The translations under genes were made by a program, and so were the position numbers. The notes below the pieces were generated by a model. That model was not told the origin of the DNA. It saw nothing but the letters and a program-made list of their open reading frames with translations, and ran no database searches. A stretch of 64,000 bases of DNA from a virus (Duplodnaviria; Caudoviricetes): positions 64,001 through 128,000 of IMG/VR virus record IMGVR_UViG_3300021387_001614. One strand, given 5' to 3'. Within the stretch, counting starts at the first letter, position 1. Each line of letters opens with the position of its first letter. Positions 10,092 through 19,739 of the stretch are shown here, in pieces.

Positions 10092-10478
10092 TTAAAAATC
10101 ACCAAATTCAGCCCTATTTTTCATTTGGCGTTCTTTTGCTTTTTGTATTGTTTCTTTGTCGAGTTCTCTCTTCATCAACATGTTACCCTTTGTTCTGAAA
10201 AGACGGTCTGAATTATTTTTAGCCGTACCACGTTTTTCATTTTCTCTTTCAGAATAATAAACATCAGGATTAACAATCATATTAGCCTTGCCCGCCTTTT
10301 CTTTGGCTGCTTGGTATTGACGAACAGCCTCAAGCCACGCCTTTGTTCCCTTCTTCGACCTCTTTACCCTTGCCTTAAGTGCCTCTAGGTCTTCCTCTTC
10401 TTTTATAATTCTTTTTACTGAATTACTAATAATTCTATGAAGGTCAGATTCCGTTAATCTTATAAGTTTTTTTGCCAT
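10092..10478 (-). CDS. Basic protein with N-terminal LTESDL tag (putative internal head protein)
   Basis: Begins MAKKLIRLTESDLHRIISNSVKRIIKE. Confidence 0.75.
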   Translation of the reverse strand: MAKKLIRLTESDLHRIISNSVKRIIKEEEDLEALKARVKRSKKGTKAWLEAVRQYQAAKEKAGKANMIVNPDVYYSERENEKRGTAKNNSDRLFRTKGNMLMKRELDKETIQKAKERQMKNRAEFGDF

Positions 10479-10493
10479 ATCTTTTTAATGTTT

Positions 10494-10865
10494 TTAATCT
10501 TTATTTCCGGTATCGGTTAGAACTTTATCGCTCTCTAAGAAGACCTTTTTGAAAAATTCATATAAACTCGATGTCGGGCTATCTGAATATTTTTTCAACC
10601 CCTCTATTGCGGTCTCTCTAATTTTACCGATAATAGGCTCATGGCGAATAACTTCATTTGCATGCATTTCTTTCTCCTCTACGCTATCACCACGTTCCAT
10701 GTCATCGTGTCCGCCACGCATTTCTCTTTCATCATAAGGCATTTCATCACCTCCACCCATTTCGGGAGAATCAGAAAATTCGTCATCAAAAACATATGCC
10801 TCGCTTAAATATTTTTTGGCTTCATTTAATGTTCTCATGAAGTCGTTTTTAATGTTTCTTCTCAT
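10494..10865 (-). CDS. Acidic late hypothetical protein with LxE-rich N-terminus
   Basis: Start reassigned to ATG 10865 (MRRNIK), downstream of late motif 10880-10887. Confidence 0.7.
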   Translation of the reverse strand: MRRNIKNDFMRTLNEAKKYLSEAYVFDDEFSDSPEMGGGDEMPYDEREMRGGHDDMERGDSVEEKEMHANEVIRHEPIIGKIRETAIEGLKKYSDSPTSSLYEFFKKVFLESDKVLTDTGNKD

Positions 10866-10924
10866 ATTTCTATTTTCTATATAAATATTATCATAAACAA
10901 AAAATGCAGCCATTCTGGCTGCAT

Positions 10925-11084
10925 TTAAGTATTTTTTAACGTTTTAGTCGATTTCCAAACATATTTAACGATTCCACAATCATATATTCTAAAAATCTCA
11001 AGTTTTTTTGTCATTTCCAATTCTGTCATCGAAAGCGGAAAACCGTATTTCTTATGAAGGATTTGCTTTCTAAAATTAAACTTA
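10925..11084 (-). pseudogene. C-terminal fragment of a homing-endonuclease-like gene, cut by the IS element
   Basis: KFNFRKQIL...TELEM...RIYDCG..KYVW resembles the C-termini of phage Hef-like endonucleases; abuts the left TIR. Confidence 0.65.
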
Positions 11085-11196
11085 GGTAATGATATAGCAG
11101 TTGGCACAAAATAGGCTGTTATACGTATAGAAATGTCCTATAAACGCTGGACTTTTCGTAAATTTGCATTATAATTTAAAAGAAAAGTTCAGCGTT

Positions 11197-12183
11197 ATGA
11201 TTAATTTCAAGAAGTTCAACAACATCATTTCACTCACAGCGTATTTCACCTCTGATGAGAAGTGCAAGCAAGCCATTGTTGAGAGCCGTTGGGGTGTTGG
11301 CAATGAACAAGACGTTGTTTGCCCATATTGTGGTAAGCATCACTGCAAAATGTCCAAGAATGGACGTTTCCATTGCACTGAGTGCAACAAGAACTTTTCT
11401 TGCCTCGTTGGTACTATCTTCGAGAACACAAAGTTGCCACTCATCAAGTGGTTCGTTGCAATGTATCTTATATCTTCTCATAAGAAGGGTATCAGTAGCC
11501 ATCAACTGAGTCGTGACCTTTCAGTTACACAGTCAACTGCTTGGTATATGCTTCAGAAGATTCGTCTTCTTTACCCTCAGAGCGATGCAGATGCATTTGA
11601 GGGTACTGTTGAGTGTGATGAGGTGTACATCGGTGGTAAGGAAAAATGGAAACATAAGTCAATGCGCACTCCCAATACCCAAGGTCGTTCCATGAAGACC
11701 AAGACTCCAGTCTTTGGTATGATGGAGCGTAGCACCTTTGAGAATGAGAAGGGTGAGATTGAGCCTATTACGTATGTCCACGCATTCGTTGTTGAGAACA
11801 CGAATAGAGCCACATTACAGCCAATCATTCAGCAGTTCGTTGCTGATGGTTCAAGAGTCATCACTGATGAACTCAATGCATACAATGGACTTGCTGAGTT
11901 AGGATATACTCACGCTGTGGTTGCCCACGGTGCTGAAGAGTATGCCAATGGTGACGTATTCACCAATAGTATTGAGGGCTTTTGGAGTCACTTCAGACGT
12001 ATGATTGTTGGCTGTTATCACGATGTGTCTGATGAGCATCTTCAGCAGTACATTGACGAGGCTGTGTATCGTTGGAATACAAGAAAAATGAGCGAATCAG
12101 AGAGATTCGCCCATATGTTCGACAAGTCAATCGGGCTTGTTCGTAGATGGAGTGAAATTAGAGTTGGTCTGATGGCTGCATAG
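11197..12183 (+). CDS. IS1595-family (ISXO2-like) DDE transposase
   Basis: CPYCG..C..C zinc ribbon, GTIFENTKLPL..WF, VECDEVYIGG, ITDE...Y, TNSIEGFW, YIDE..YRWN; visibly higher GC than flanks; -7 box TAAATTTG 11159-11166. Confidence 0.95.
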   Translation: MINFKKFNNIISLTAYFTSDEKCKQAIVESRWGVGNEQDVVCPYCGKHHCKMSKNGRFHCTECNKNFSCLVGTIFENTKLPLIKWFVAMYLISSHKKGISSHQLSRDLSVTQSTAWYMLQKIRLLYPQSDADAFEGTVECDEVYIGGKEKWKHKSMRTPNTQGRSMKTKTPVFGMMERSTFENEKGEIEPITYVHAFVVENTNRATLQPIIQQFVADGSRVITDELNAYNGLAELGYTHAVVAHGAEEYANGDVFTNSIEGFWSHFRRMIVGCYHDVSDEHLQQYIDEAVYRWNTRKMSESERFAHMFDKSIGLVRRWSEIRVGLMAA

Positions 12184-12196
12184 ACAAGTATAACAA

Positions 12197-13018
12197 TCAT
12201 CTACGCATTGTTTTTAATATATGTTTACCTGAACTCGTTTGCTCTAAGAAAAAGTCCATACCTTGTTCAATTGCATTGTGTATTATATCTGCCACAGTTG
12301 CATATGCACGTTCATCTAAAATCCATTTTTTTAGCCTTTCTTGATATTGGTCCATTATATTATCATATGCCATATCTGTTGCCTTAGAAACATCATTATA
12401 CAATTCATCATAGCCTGATGCTAACGACCAATGTTCTTTCAATACTCTATTTACTGATTCTTTTACTATCTGTTTCAAATCACTTTCTGTGAGCCTAATC
12501 TGTTTCTTGTTCATATTTGTATATTTTATTTCTGTTATTATTTCTGGTGTTTCGTTTGGTCTTAATACCATTACTTTTGCGTGTTTGTGAGTGTTTGCCA
12601 ATGGGTCTTTAAAACCTTTGTTTTGCCATATATTCTGAACTGCTTGATTTATTAGTGCTGCATCATTATCATCAAGTATTTGGCAGTTGTAAACATACTG
12701 TATAACCTCAAATGATTTCCTTTCACCAACAACATTTCCTTGTTTATCTTTTATTTCCATGTCTACAGACACATCAGATTTATCTTCTCCGTTTTCCGAA
12801 TAAACCACACAAGTGTTTATTGCATAGGATGGGTCATAGTCTTTGTCATACCAAGTCCACAACCAAGTTCCGTGATTTGAAATTCTTGCTTGCATAGGTC
12901 TGCTATCTTCCATCCTATAAGTTCTATAATATGAAGTGTCTCTTCTGTTTGGTTTGAAACCACCATTACGTCTAATTAACTCTATTGCTGTATTAAAATC
13001 AATCATTTTGTTAAACAT
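12197..13018 (-). CDS. IS passenger protein: unknown N-terminal domain (SYY...RISNH) plus internal LTESDL tag
   Basis: Contains MNKKQIRLTESDLKQIVKESVNRVLKE; late motif at 13025-13032. Confidence 0.8.
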   Translation of the reverse strand: MFNKMIDFNTAIELIRRNGGFKPNRRDTSYYRTYRMEDSRPMQARISNHGTWLWTWYDKDYDPSYAINTCVVYSENGEDKSDVSVDMEIKDKQGNVVGERKSFEVIQYVYNCQILDDNDAALINQAVQNIWQNKGFKDPLANTHKHAKVMVLRPNETPEIITEIKYTNMNKKQIRLTESDLKQIVKESVNRVLKEHWSLASGYDELYNDVSKATDMAYDNIMDQYQERLKKWILDERAYATVADIIHNAIEQGMDFFLEQTSSGKHILKTMRR

Positions 13019-13068
13019 TTCTAATATAAATAGTTTGTAAGAAAGAAAAATATTAATTTTGCAGCATT

Positions 13069-13539
13069 ATGGCAAAGCAATACAATTCACTTTCTTTTTT
13101 TGATTACCCACCAACAGAATTGTTGGGTAGCAATATCTATGAAAACTCTATTAAAAGGTTATCATTTCAATACAGAACTAAAAATGAGGATAAACTCATT
13201 GCTTATATTGCTGTATCTCAAGACAAACCTAATATAGATGTACCAAATGTAGAAAACCAAATGAATGGTTGCAGAATCTTAGGTATTTATACAGAAAATT
13301 ATCAAATAGGGCACTATCAAGTAACAGATTTACAATTATTAGGGGCTTTACTTGATGAAGCTGAGTTTTACATTAAAGGTTGGGTTAATAACCAAAATGG
13401 TCAATTCCAATTTGATTACTTGTGGTTCAATGTGGTTGATTTTGATTCACAAGATGTTGTAGAAAGAATAGATAATATGATATTGAATAATGGTATAGCA
13501 TATAAACTTATAAAAAGAAATGAGCAGCCAAATCATTGA
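13069..13539 (+). CDS. IS passenger hypothetical protein behind a host-type promoter
   Basis: 156 aa; TAATTTTG -7 box at 13054-13061; terminator 13518-13550 just inside TIR-R. Confidence 0.75.
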   Translation: MAKQYNSLSFFDYPPTELLGSNIYENSIKRLSFQYRTKNEDKLIAYIAVSQDKPNIDVPNVENQMNGCRILGIYTENYQIGHYQVTDLQLLGALLDEAEFYIKGWVNNQNGQFQFDYLWFNVVDFDSQDVVERIDNMILNNGIAYKLIKRNEQPNH

Positions 13540-13586
13540 CTGCTCATTTTAAATAAGCAATTTGTGCCAACTGCTATATTATTGCC

Positions 13587-13702
13587 TGTTTTTTACATGT
13601 AACAATTATATTGGTTTTCGGGTTAACATATACTGATTTACTATAATCGAATAAATCACCATGTTTCTCTTTTGAACGCCTTATAAATTCCTCTGTGTTC
13701 AT
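13587..13702 (-). pseudogene. N-terminal fragment of the interrupted homing-endonuclease-like gene
   Basis: MNTEEFIRRSKEKHGDLFDYSKSVYVNPKTNIIVTCKK, a DUF723-like zinc-ribbon start, ends at TIR-R; its promoter is retained (CAAATATA 13721-13728, CAAA 13748-13751). Confidence 0.7.
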
Positions 13703-13780
13703 AAAATTTTTTCCTTTTTGCAAATATACAATAAATATTTGTAAAAACAAAAAAATAGGGGCAAAAAAACTTTTTATATT

Positions 13781-13811
13781 AAAAAAAGTGAGAGAAAAAA
13801 TCTCTCACTTT
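13781..13811 (-). terminator. Intrinsic terminator after the tail sheath gene
   Basis: AAAGTGAGAGA...TCTCTCACTTT with a U-tract on the minus strand. Confidence 0.8.
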
Positions 13812-13830
13812 CAAGTTATCTTCTTAACGA

Positions 13831-16800
13831 TTAAATATCGTCAAATGATACAGACTCCGGTGTTATAATAAAGTCGAGAGTGATGTACTCCAATGCATTG
13901 ATAGGTTTGAAGAATATCTTTGCTGGAAGTTCTCTGCGGTCTCTTGCCTCAGGACTGTCATCAACCTCAATTCTATAATCGGAAATACCCCTATTGCTTC
14001 TAATATTGTCAAGAATAGGCGTAACGATTGTCAGGAACTTGTTTTTAACCGTTGGGTCATTTGGCTCAAAAATGAGGTTGCGGCAACCAATTGCAATAAG
14101 TTTTCTCATTCTAAGCAAAAGTCTGCGAACAGAGATACGGTTAAGTTGTGACTCACCAATTTGTAAGTTCTTTTGCCCCCATATTTTAACTCCGTCCGTG
14201 GCAAATGTCTTAATTGGGTTAATACGTCCCTCATAAAGAACATCTTCCTCGCTAACCTTTGTTACGATACGAGCTCTAACGCAACTTACATCACCACGAT
14301 TGATACCTGCTGGTGCATACCAAGGATATGTGCTGTTGTCAGTCTTTGCAAGGTTTCTTACAACGTCCTTAGTTGGTGGCAAGTAAATGTATTGGTTATT
14401 GTCTTGGTCGAGATATTTAACCCATGGATAATACGTACAAGTATAATTAGAGTTAATTTCTGTATCCTCAAGATTAGAAACAACGTCATCTGCTGTGAAC
14501 ATTTCATCAACGAAATCACCTGCACCGCTTGGCTTATCAGGTGTTGTTACAACATAGATTGAGTCTGCACGTTCCTCTTCAATCATTTCAATAGCCTCTT
14601 CAACAAGTGTCTTATTGTTTACGTAATCAATACCCGGAGTTGCAAACACGTTAATATCAACAGCCTCAGGATTAGCAAACTGTCTAATACCTGCTAAGTA
14701 AGCGTACCAGTCAGATGTAATACCGTTCTGATTCAGTCCAATTGCTTCGGGGTCTGCGATTCTGTTAAATGAATAACCTTCACCACTGTTAACATCATAA
14801 GAACCTAAGTACTTAGAAAGTTTAAAGTCGTCTGTGTTGGTTCTCTCATCACGATATATATCCCAACCATCGAAACCGCCATAGAAATAAACAGTAAACT
14901 TACGTAAGTTAACATTCTCATAGATACTTCCCGTCATTGCTGCCTCTGTACCGATTATAGGCGCTTCTGTAAGTATGTTGGTTCTGTTGTTCTGTGACAC
15001 AGCGTCAAACTTATAACCCTTAACACCGTCAACAGTGATTTCAGGTGTTGAATCTGCGTCATAACCATCCAAGTTAAGTCTACTATCCAAGTGGAATCCG
15101 TTTGTAAGGCTTTCAGGTACGTCAATATATGCAGTTTCACCCTTATATGTAAATGCATCGATATCTACACCTACTCTTGAAGAAAGACCGAAATATTGTT
15201 TTCTGTTCTTAACATCCTCATCATAATTAAGGTTGTATTTCAAAATTGGATTAATAATGTCTTCACCATTATTCGGGTCAACGATAGGTGTTCCTGCGAA
15301 ATTAACTTGAGGATATCCTAAGAAACCTGCCGGAACAGAGTTCTCTGTGATTGAGTTCTCGTTAACCTCTACTGTAATGAACTTAGATTTGCTCTCATAA
15401 ACACCATCATAAGAACCAATCTTAAATGCAACGTAATTGTTTGTTCCCGGAACTAATGAACAACGTGAGAATTTCTCCAATGGGATTTGATATTCATCAG
15501 TATCGTCTATTCTGCGAACAACAACGTCGAATACACCCTCGTCAGGACGTACATTCTCAATAGAAACCTTAATTTCATTGTTAGATGAGTTACCATCAGA
15601 AATTGTGTGGAATCTAAACAATTTGTTAATCTCTATCTTATTGTAGTCACCCTTCAGATTAGAAACAATCCAAGGTGTTGATGCATATCTGTACGCTGAC
15701 TTGTAGTTGTTAAGGTCACAATCAACATAGGTTACATCAGTGTTTTCCGAATCTTTCATTCTATAATACAAACCGTCCTGCAAATTTTTTACAATGACCA
15801 TTTTTGTTTCATCTTCTGACTGCAACTCTTTTCCATAAACAAGTTTATCAATAACTGCAACCGTTGTTTCACCACTAGGTATTGTACTCTCATCCCAATG
15901 TCTGTAGAAATATTTGCGCTTACCGTCTGCATCTGTGTATTGTGCCACCGTATAAATTTGACCAACTTGAACATTTTCCACCTTTAATCCGTCAGTTTCA
16001 CCTGAATCCGCTATTGGTTTACCTGTTTTGAAATCATATGGGTGGCAAGTGATTGCCGGTTCGCCGTTTGCTGCATTTGCGTCAGCAAGGAACCTTTGTC
16101 CTACATTCTTTCTTGAAAGGAAATTTTCTTGTACGGTCATTATACCACCAACAGGCTCAAGACCACAATAGTCAGCAGGATAATAAACTTGATAGAATGT
16201 TAAATCGCTGTCAATACTTTCTGCGTGGAAATCAGACTCGTTAGCCTCATTAACTGCTTGTCTTAATGCAACATCATAAAGACTTTCAACGAATACGGGC
16301 GCGTCACCGTCTGATGGTGATGTACCAAGTACATTAAGAATGAAGTCCTTATCTACAGGATTAAGAGAAACAGGATACTCGAAATAACTGCTTATACCTT
16401 CTCCATCATCGGTTGCTTTTTTGTTATCTTTATCAATAGTAGCATCTTTATCGTGAACGCCTGCTATACCGATAATTTTGAAACGACCAAGATTTGTGGT
16501 GCTCACACTGAAATCGCCTGTTTCACCTGAAAACTGCCAATTATCACACTCATTACCCACTGAATAAAGTGGGTTGTAAACATCAAGTGCAAGTGCATTT
16601 GGATTGTACTGAACCGGAGTGTTGCATGTACTACCCGACTTTTTAATTTCACCAACCTCATAAACAAGGCTGTCATAATCTTCATTTGGACATTCGCACG
16701 TTCCCGTGTTTGCGTCAAACTTACGATACTTCTGATACTCTCCCCTTGAACGGAGTACGCATACTGCCATTTTCTTACCATTCTTAAGGTTTGCTGTTAC

Positions 16801-17130
16801 TACCCATGCCGGACCTGCGTTATAGCCACCAAGTCCAAGAACACGAACAACCTCAAGTTGTTTCGATTCTGTCAGATATGATTTTGCAATATAAGGTAAT
16901 TCATACTTAGGATATTGATTACCCTTAAATTTCTCTGTGCTTGTTCCACCAAACATTGATGTGAACTCACGCCAATCTTCAATGTGCATTGGCTGGAATG
17001 CGGGACCTCTCAGTGTTTCACCAACGACACCAAGCGTGGTGATACCAAGACTCTTAACTGCATAAGTCAACTCCACCTCACGTGAATAAACACCTGGAGA
17101 TACGTGAATGCCTCTAGCGTTGTCTGCCAT
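13831..17130 (-). CDS. Contractile tail sheath protein
   Basis: N-terminal SPGVYSREVE, GET.RGPAF.P; C-terminal YYPWV, PWYAPAG..RG, RINPI, WGQK, LNRISVRRLL, FEPND. Confidence 0.95.
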   Translation of the reverse strand: MADNARGIHVSPGVYSREVELTYAVKSLGITTLGVVGETLRGPAFQPMHIEDWREFTSMFGGTSTEKFKGNQYPKYELPYIAKSYLTESKQLEVVRVLGLGGYNAGPAWVVTANLKNGKKMAVCVLRSRGEYQKYRKFDANTGTCECPNEDYDSLVYEVGEIKKSGSTCNTPVQYNPNALALDVYNPLYSVGNECDNWQFSGETGDFSVSTTNLGRFKIIGIAGVHDKDATIDKDNKKATDDGEGISSYFEYPVSLNPVDKDFILNVLGTSPSDGDAPVFVESLYDVALRQAVNEANESDFHAESIDSDLTFYQVYYPADYCGLEPVGGIMTVQENFLSRKNVGQRFLADANAANGEPAITCHPYDFKTGKPIADSGETDGLKVENVQVGQIYTVAQYTDADGKRKYFYRHWDESTIPSGETTVAVIDKLVYGKELQSEDETKMVIVKNLQDGLYYRMKDSENTDVTYVDCDLNNYKSAYRYASTPWIVSNLKGDYNKIEINKLFRFHTISDGNSSNNEIKVSIENVRPDEGVFDVVVRRIDDTDEYQIPLEKFSRCSLVPGTNNYVAFKIGSYDGVYESKSKFITVEVNENSITENSVPAGFLGYPQVNFAGTPIVDPNNGEDIINPILKYNLNYDEDVKNRKQYFGLSSRVGVDIDAFTYKGETAYIDVPESLTNGFHLDSRLNLDGYDADSTPEITVDGVKGYKFDAVSQNNRTNILTEAPIIGTEAAMTGSIYENVNLRKFTVYFYGGFDGWDIYRDERTNTDDFKLSKYLGSYDVNSGEGYSFNRIADPEAIGLNQNGITSDWYAYLAGIRQFANPEAVDINVFATPGIDYVNNKTLVEEAIEMIEEERADSIYVVTTPDKPSGAGDFVDEMFTADDVVSNLEDTEINSNYTCTYYPWVKYLDQDNNQYIYLPPTKDVVRNLAKTDNSTYPWYAPAGINRGDVSCVRARIVTKVSEEDVLYEGRINPIKTFATDGVKIWGQKNLQIGESQLNRISVRRLLLRMRKLIAIGCRNLIFEPNDPTVKNKFLTIVTPILDNIRSNRGISDYRIEVDDSPEARDRRELPAKIFFKPINALEYITLDFIITPESVSFDDI

Positions 17131-17253
17131 AATTTATTTACTTTTAATTTAATAATTTTTTATTTTTCTATTAGGAAAGGGCAAGGTTATGCCCTCACTA
17201 TTTAATAATAAATAGTTTAAATATTTCCAAAGTTACATTTTTCTTAAAAAAAC

Positions 17254-17469
17254 TTAAAAAAAAATTTCTTCTTTTTCCATTTTTTTCTTATATTCTTCCA
17301 ACTCTTCTATAGAATGGGACTCTGAATATTCTGCAAGTCTATTAAAAAAAATGGACGTGATTTCAGATATTTTTCTCCACCTTATTAAATCTGAAAGGGG
17401 TAATTGTTCGTTTTTTTTCTCCAAATACCCCTTTTCCTCTATCATTAAATCCTTAATTGTCATTATCAC
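17254..17469 (-). CDS. Small hypothetical protein
   Basis: 71 aa ORF overlapping the stop of the upstream gene in the operon. Confidence 0.5.
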   Translation of the reverse strand: MIMTIKDLMIEEKGYLEKKNEQLPLSDLIRWRKISEITSIFFNRLAEYSESHSIEELEEYKKKMEKEEIFF

Positions 17470-18823
17470 CGTTGATTATTATATCTTCCTCATCAGGAAC
17501 GACGTCAAGTTCTGATTCGGGGTCAGTTCTCTTATCGAAAACGATATTCGGGTCATAACCTACTAATGTCAGTGATGTTGGCAAATATTCATCGTCTCGT
17601 GATACCTTTACCTCCACTTTATCGCCATCAATAAATTTAATATCCCACTCAAGGTCAGCGTATTCGTCATTTATGAATAACTTAAAATCATAAACATTGC
17701 TCGTTTCAACTGACGTTAAGACCATATCGTTATCCATATAAAAGATAACATTTTTTTCACAATCGGGTATATTAATAATGACTTTTATTATCTTATTATA
17801 GTAAAATTTATCATCACTCTCGTCATTTTCAACGCAACAAGCATCCGGAAGTTCTTCTTCCTTAAGAACAACTGTGGGTTTTTTCTTTGTGATATCAACG
17901 GGGTCTAAAATATCACATTTGCCTAAATAATCTAAATTAAACGCCTTATTTTCGGCTTCCGCGTTTTTTGAACGTTTCTTACTTGAAGCCTCAGTTTCAG
18001 ACAAAGAATAAGATGGTATAAGGTCATCGCCACTGTTTCTTTTTTCGATGCTACGTTTATTGTCACCAAATCTATCTTCTGTTTCAAGAAACCTCATAAC
18101 CAATCTCGATGGCAGATGTGTGACTTTCATATCCTCTTCCCTTATAATATACCCCATGAGTTTGATTATATACGTCTGTGAGTAAAACTTACGGTCATCT
18201 ATTGTATATTCAGACTCATCGTTAATTCCATCAAGAAACATTGGCATTGGGTGGTCATTTGGTGCTATGTAACATTCAAGGCCGCTAAAGGTATAATTAA
18301 TTAATTCATTAAATTTGTTAAGTAATTCATACTTATTACACACAAAATTAACTGTATATATAAAATTAACAGCAAACGGCTGCTTTATCGAATACATATC
18401 ATACGCTTCCTCACCGTTTTCTTGTAGCACGGGAACGTAAAATATGGGATAATCACGATGTCCGGGTATATTATACGAACTACCTTGGCTTTCTCCGTGT
18501 TGCGGGTTATTCTCTCTTGTTATTGTTTTAAAATTAACAACAAGATTACCCGTTTCATCAAGGTTTTGCCACGTTTGCGAATACTCACTAATTTTTTGGG
18601 TACTAAAAAGACGATACGTAGGTAATCTCTTACCCATGTACGATATATCGAGCGTTTTATCTACCCAATTAAAAAACGCTTGGTCTATGTCTTCATACTT
18701 AATCGGTTTCGGAAAGGGCGTACCTCTTTCAAGAATCATCTTTGAGATGTTTCTTCTTCTTTCGACACCAATTGCATGGTTTCTCAAACGCAATCTATTT
18801 AAAAACGGTTTTGGCTGCTGCAT
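17453..18823 (-). CDS. Putative tail completion / sheath terminator protein
   Basis: 456 aa; IDQAFFNWV...P.AVNFIYTV...RKFYSQTY.IKLMGY pattern; position next to the sheath gene. Confidence 0.5.
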   Translation of the reverse strand: MQQPKPFLNRLRLRNHAIGVERRRNISKMILERGTPFPKPIKYEDIDQAFFNWVDKTLDISYMGKRLPTYRLFSTQKISEYSQTWQNLDETGNLVVNFKTITRENNPQHGESQGSSYNIPGHRDYPIFYVPVLQENGEEAYDMYSIKQPFAVNFIYTVNFVCNKYELLNKFNELINYTFSGLECYIAPNDHPMPMFLDGINDESEYTIDDRKFYSQTYIIKLMGYIIREEDMKVTHLPSRLVMRFLETEDRFGDNKRSIEKRNSGDDLIPSYSLSETEASSKKRSKNAEAENKAFNLDYLGKCDILDPVDITKKKPTVVLKEEELPDACCVENDESDDKFYYNKIIKVIINIPDCEKNVIFYMDNDMVLTSVETSNVYDFKLFINDEYADLEWDIKFIDGDKVEVKVSRDDEYLPTSLTLVGYDPNIVFDKRTDPESELDVVPDEEDIIINGDNDN

Positions 18824-18835
18824 TTTCTATTTTCT

Positions 18836-19720
18836 TTACTCTTCTGTTGTATTTTCAAAAACTATTCCGTATCTCTTGCGGTCTTGCTCTTGATTATATA
18901 GTATTTCTTCTTCATTTTTTAATGTTTCATTTACAATATTTGTAAAACTAAAGCCTTCGTTAGTGGTGTAAAGTTTATTTTCGTCAGCACCAAATACACC
19001 GTCATTAGCAAGCGCTTCCCTTGATGCCACGCTCATATCACCCCTGCCATATCCAACATTCCACTCAGGTTCTTCTCTCTGTGGGCTTCTTGTTATGGGC
19101 ATTTCCGAAAGTTTTCTCACCTCAAAAATGTGTCTGCCAATGCAATCACACGCACTTTTTTTATCAAAATAAGGTTTTCCGCCACGCTTAGTTCTTGGTT
19201 TTACACCATATTTGTTTAACGTAATATATATGGCTCTTTCTGTATAATTGCCTTCGTAACCATGCATTTTAAGCATCTTGATTATTTGTGCCGTAGATAC
19301 TAAGTTTACAAACTTTCGCTTTATTTCCGCTTCTGTTAAATTCGTGGTGTTTCCCCCGTTTAACAATCCGTTTATCTCCCTTTGTCCGTTAGGGTTTGCT
19401 GAATGCACATAGAAACGTGGTAATTCCTTATTATTTGCCTTACAATATTTAAGAAGCCACTTTGCACATTCAAACCCCTTTTTCAGCCCCTTGCCAAGGT
19501 CATGGTCAAACGAAATAAACTGAGGAATGCCGTTTTTTAAAATAAACCCCGTAAATTCTTCAAAATTCTTTACCCACACAAACTTAATGTTTCTTTTATT
19601 CATCAAGTTATCATAGTAAGATTTGTTTCTTTTAAAGGTCTTTGAATCTGATTTTTTATTTAAATAGTTATATGGGTTGCGTTTATCGTCTAGCCACAAA
19701 ACAGTTAAATTTTTGCCCAT
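18836..19720 (-). CDS. Cyclic-phosphate-processing receiver-like domain protein with an LTE-containing linker and C-terminal extension
   Basis: LWLDD.RNP, WVK.FEEF, ISFDHDLG, G.ECAKWL, VHSANP.G motifs. Confidence 0.75.
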   Translation of the reverse strand: MGKNLTVLWLDDKRNPYNYLNKKSDSKTFKRNKSYYDNLMNKRNIKFVWVKNFEEFTGFILKNGIPQFISFDHDLGKGLKKGFECAKWLLKYCKANNKELPRFYVHSANPNGQREINGLLNGGNTTNLTEAEIKRKFVNLVSTAQIIKMLKMHGYEGNYTERAIYITLNKYGVKPRTKRGGKPYFDKKSACDCIGRHIFEVRKLSEMPITRSPQREEPEWNVGYGRGDMSVASREALANDGVFGADENKLYTTNEGFSFTNIVNETLKNEEEILYNQEQDRKRYGIVFENTTEE

Positions 19721-19739
19721 TTAAAATGTCTTTTAGTTT

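Larger units (their letters stand above)
11085..13586 (+). mobile_element. IS1595-family element carrying two passenger genes (2502 bp)
   Basis: TIR-L GGTAATGATATAGCAGTTGGCACAAA (11085-11110) and TIR-R (13561-13586) match at 24/26; encloses a transposase and two ORFs; no target-site duplication. Confidence 0.9.

Noticed and set aside
10925-11107. 60-aa ORF as an intact gene
   Set aside because: Its start lies inside the IS terminal repeat; it is the severed C-terminus of an endonuclease gene.
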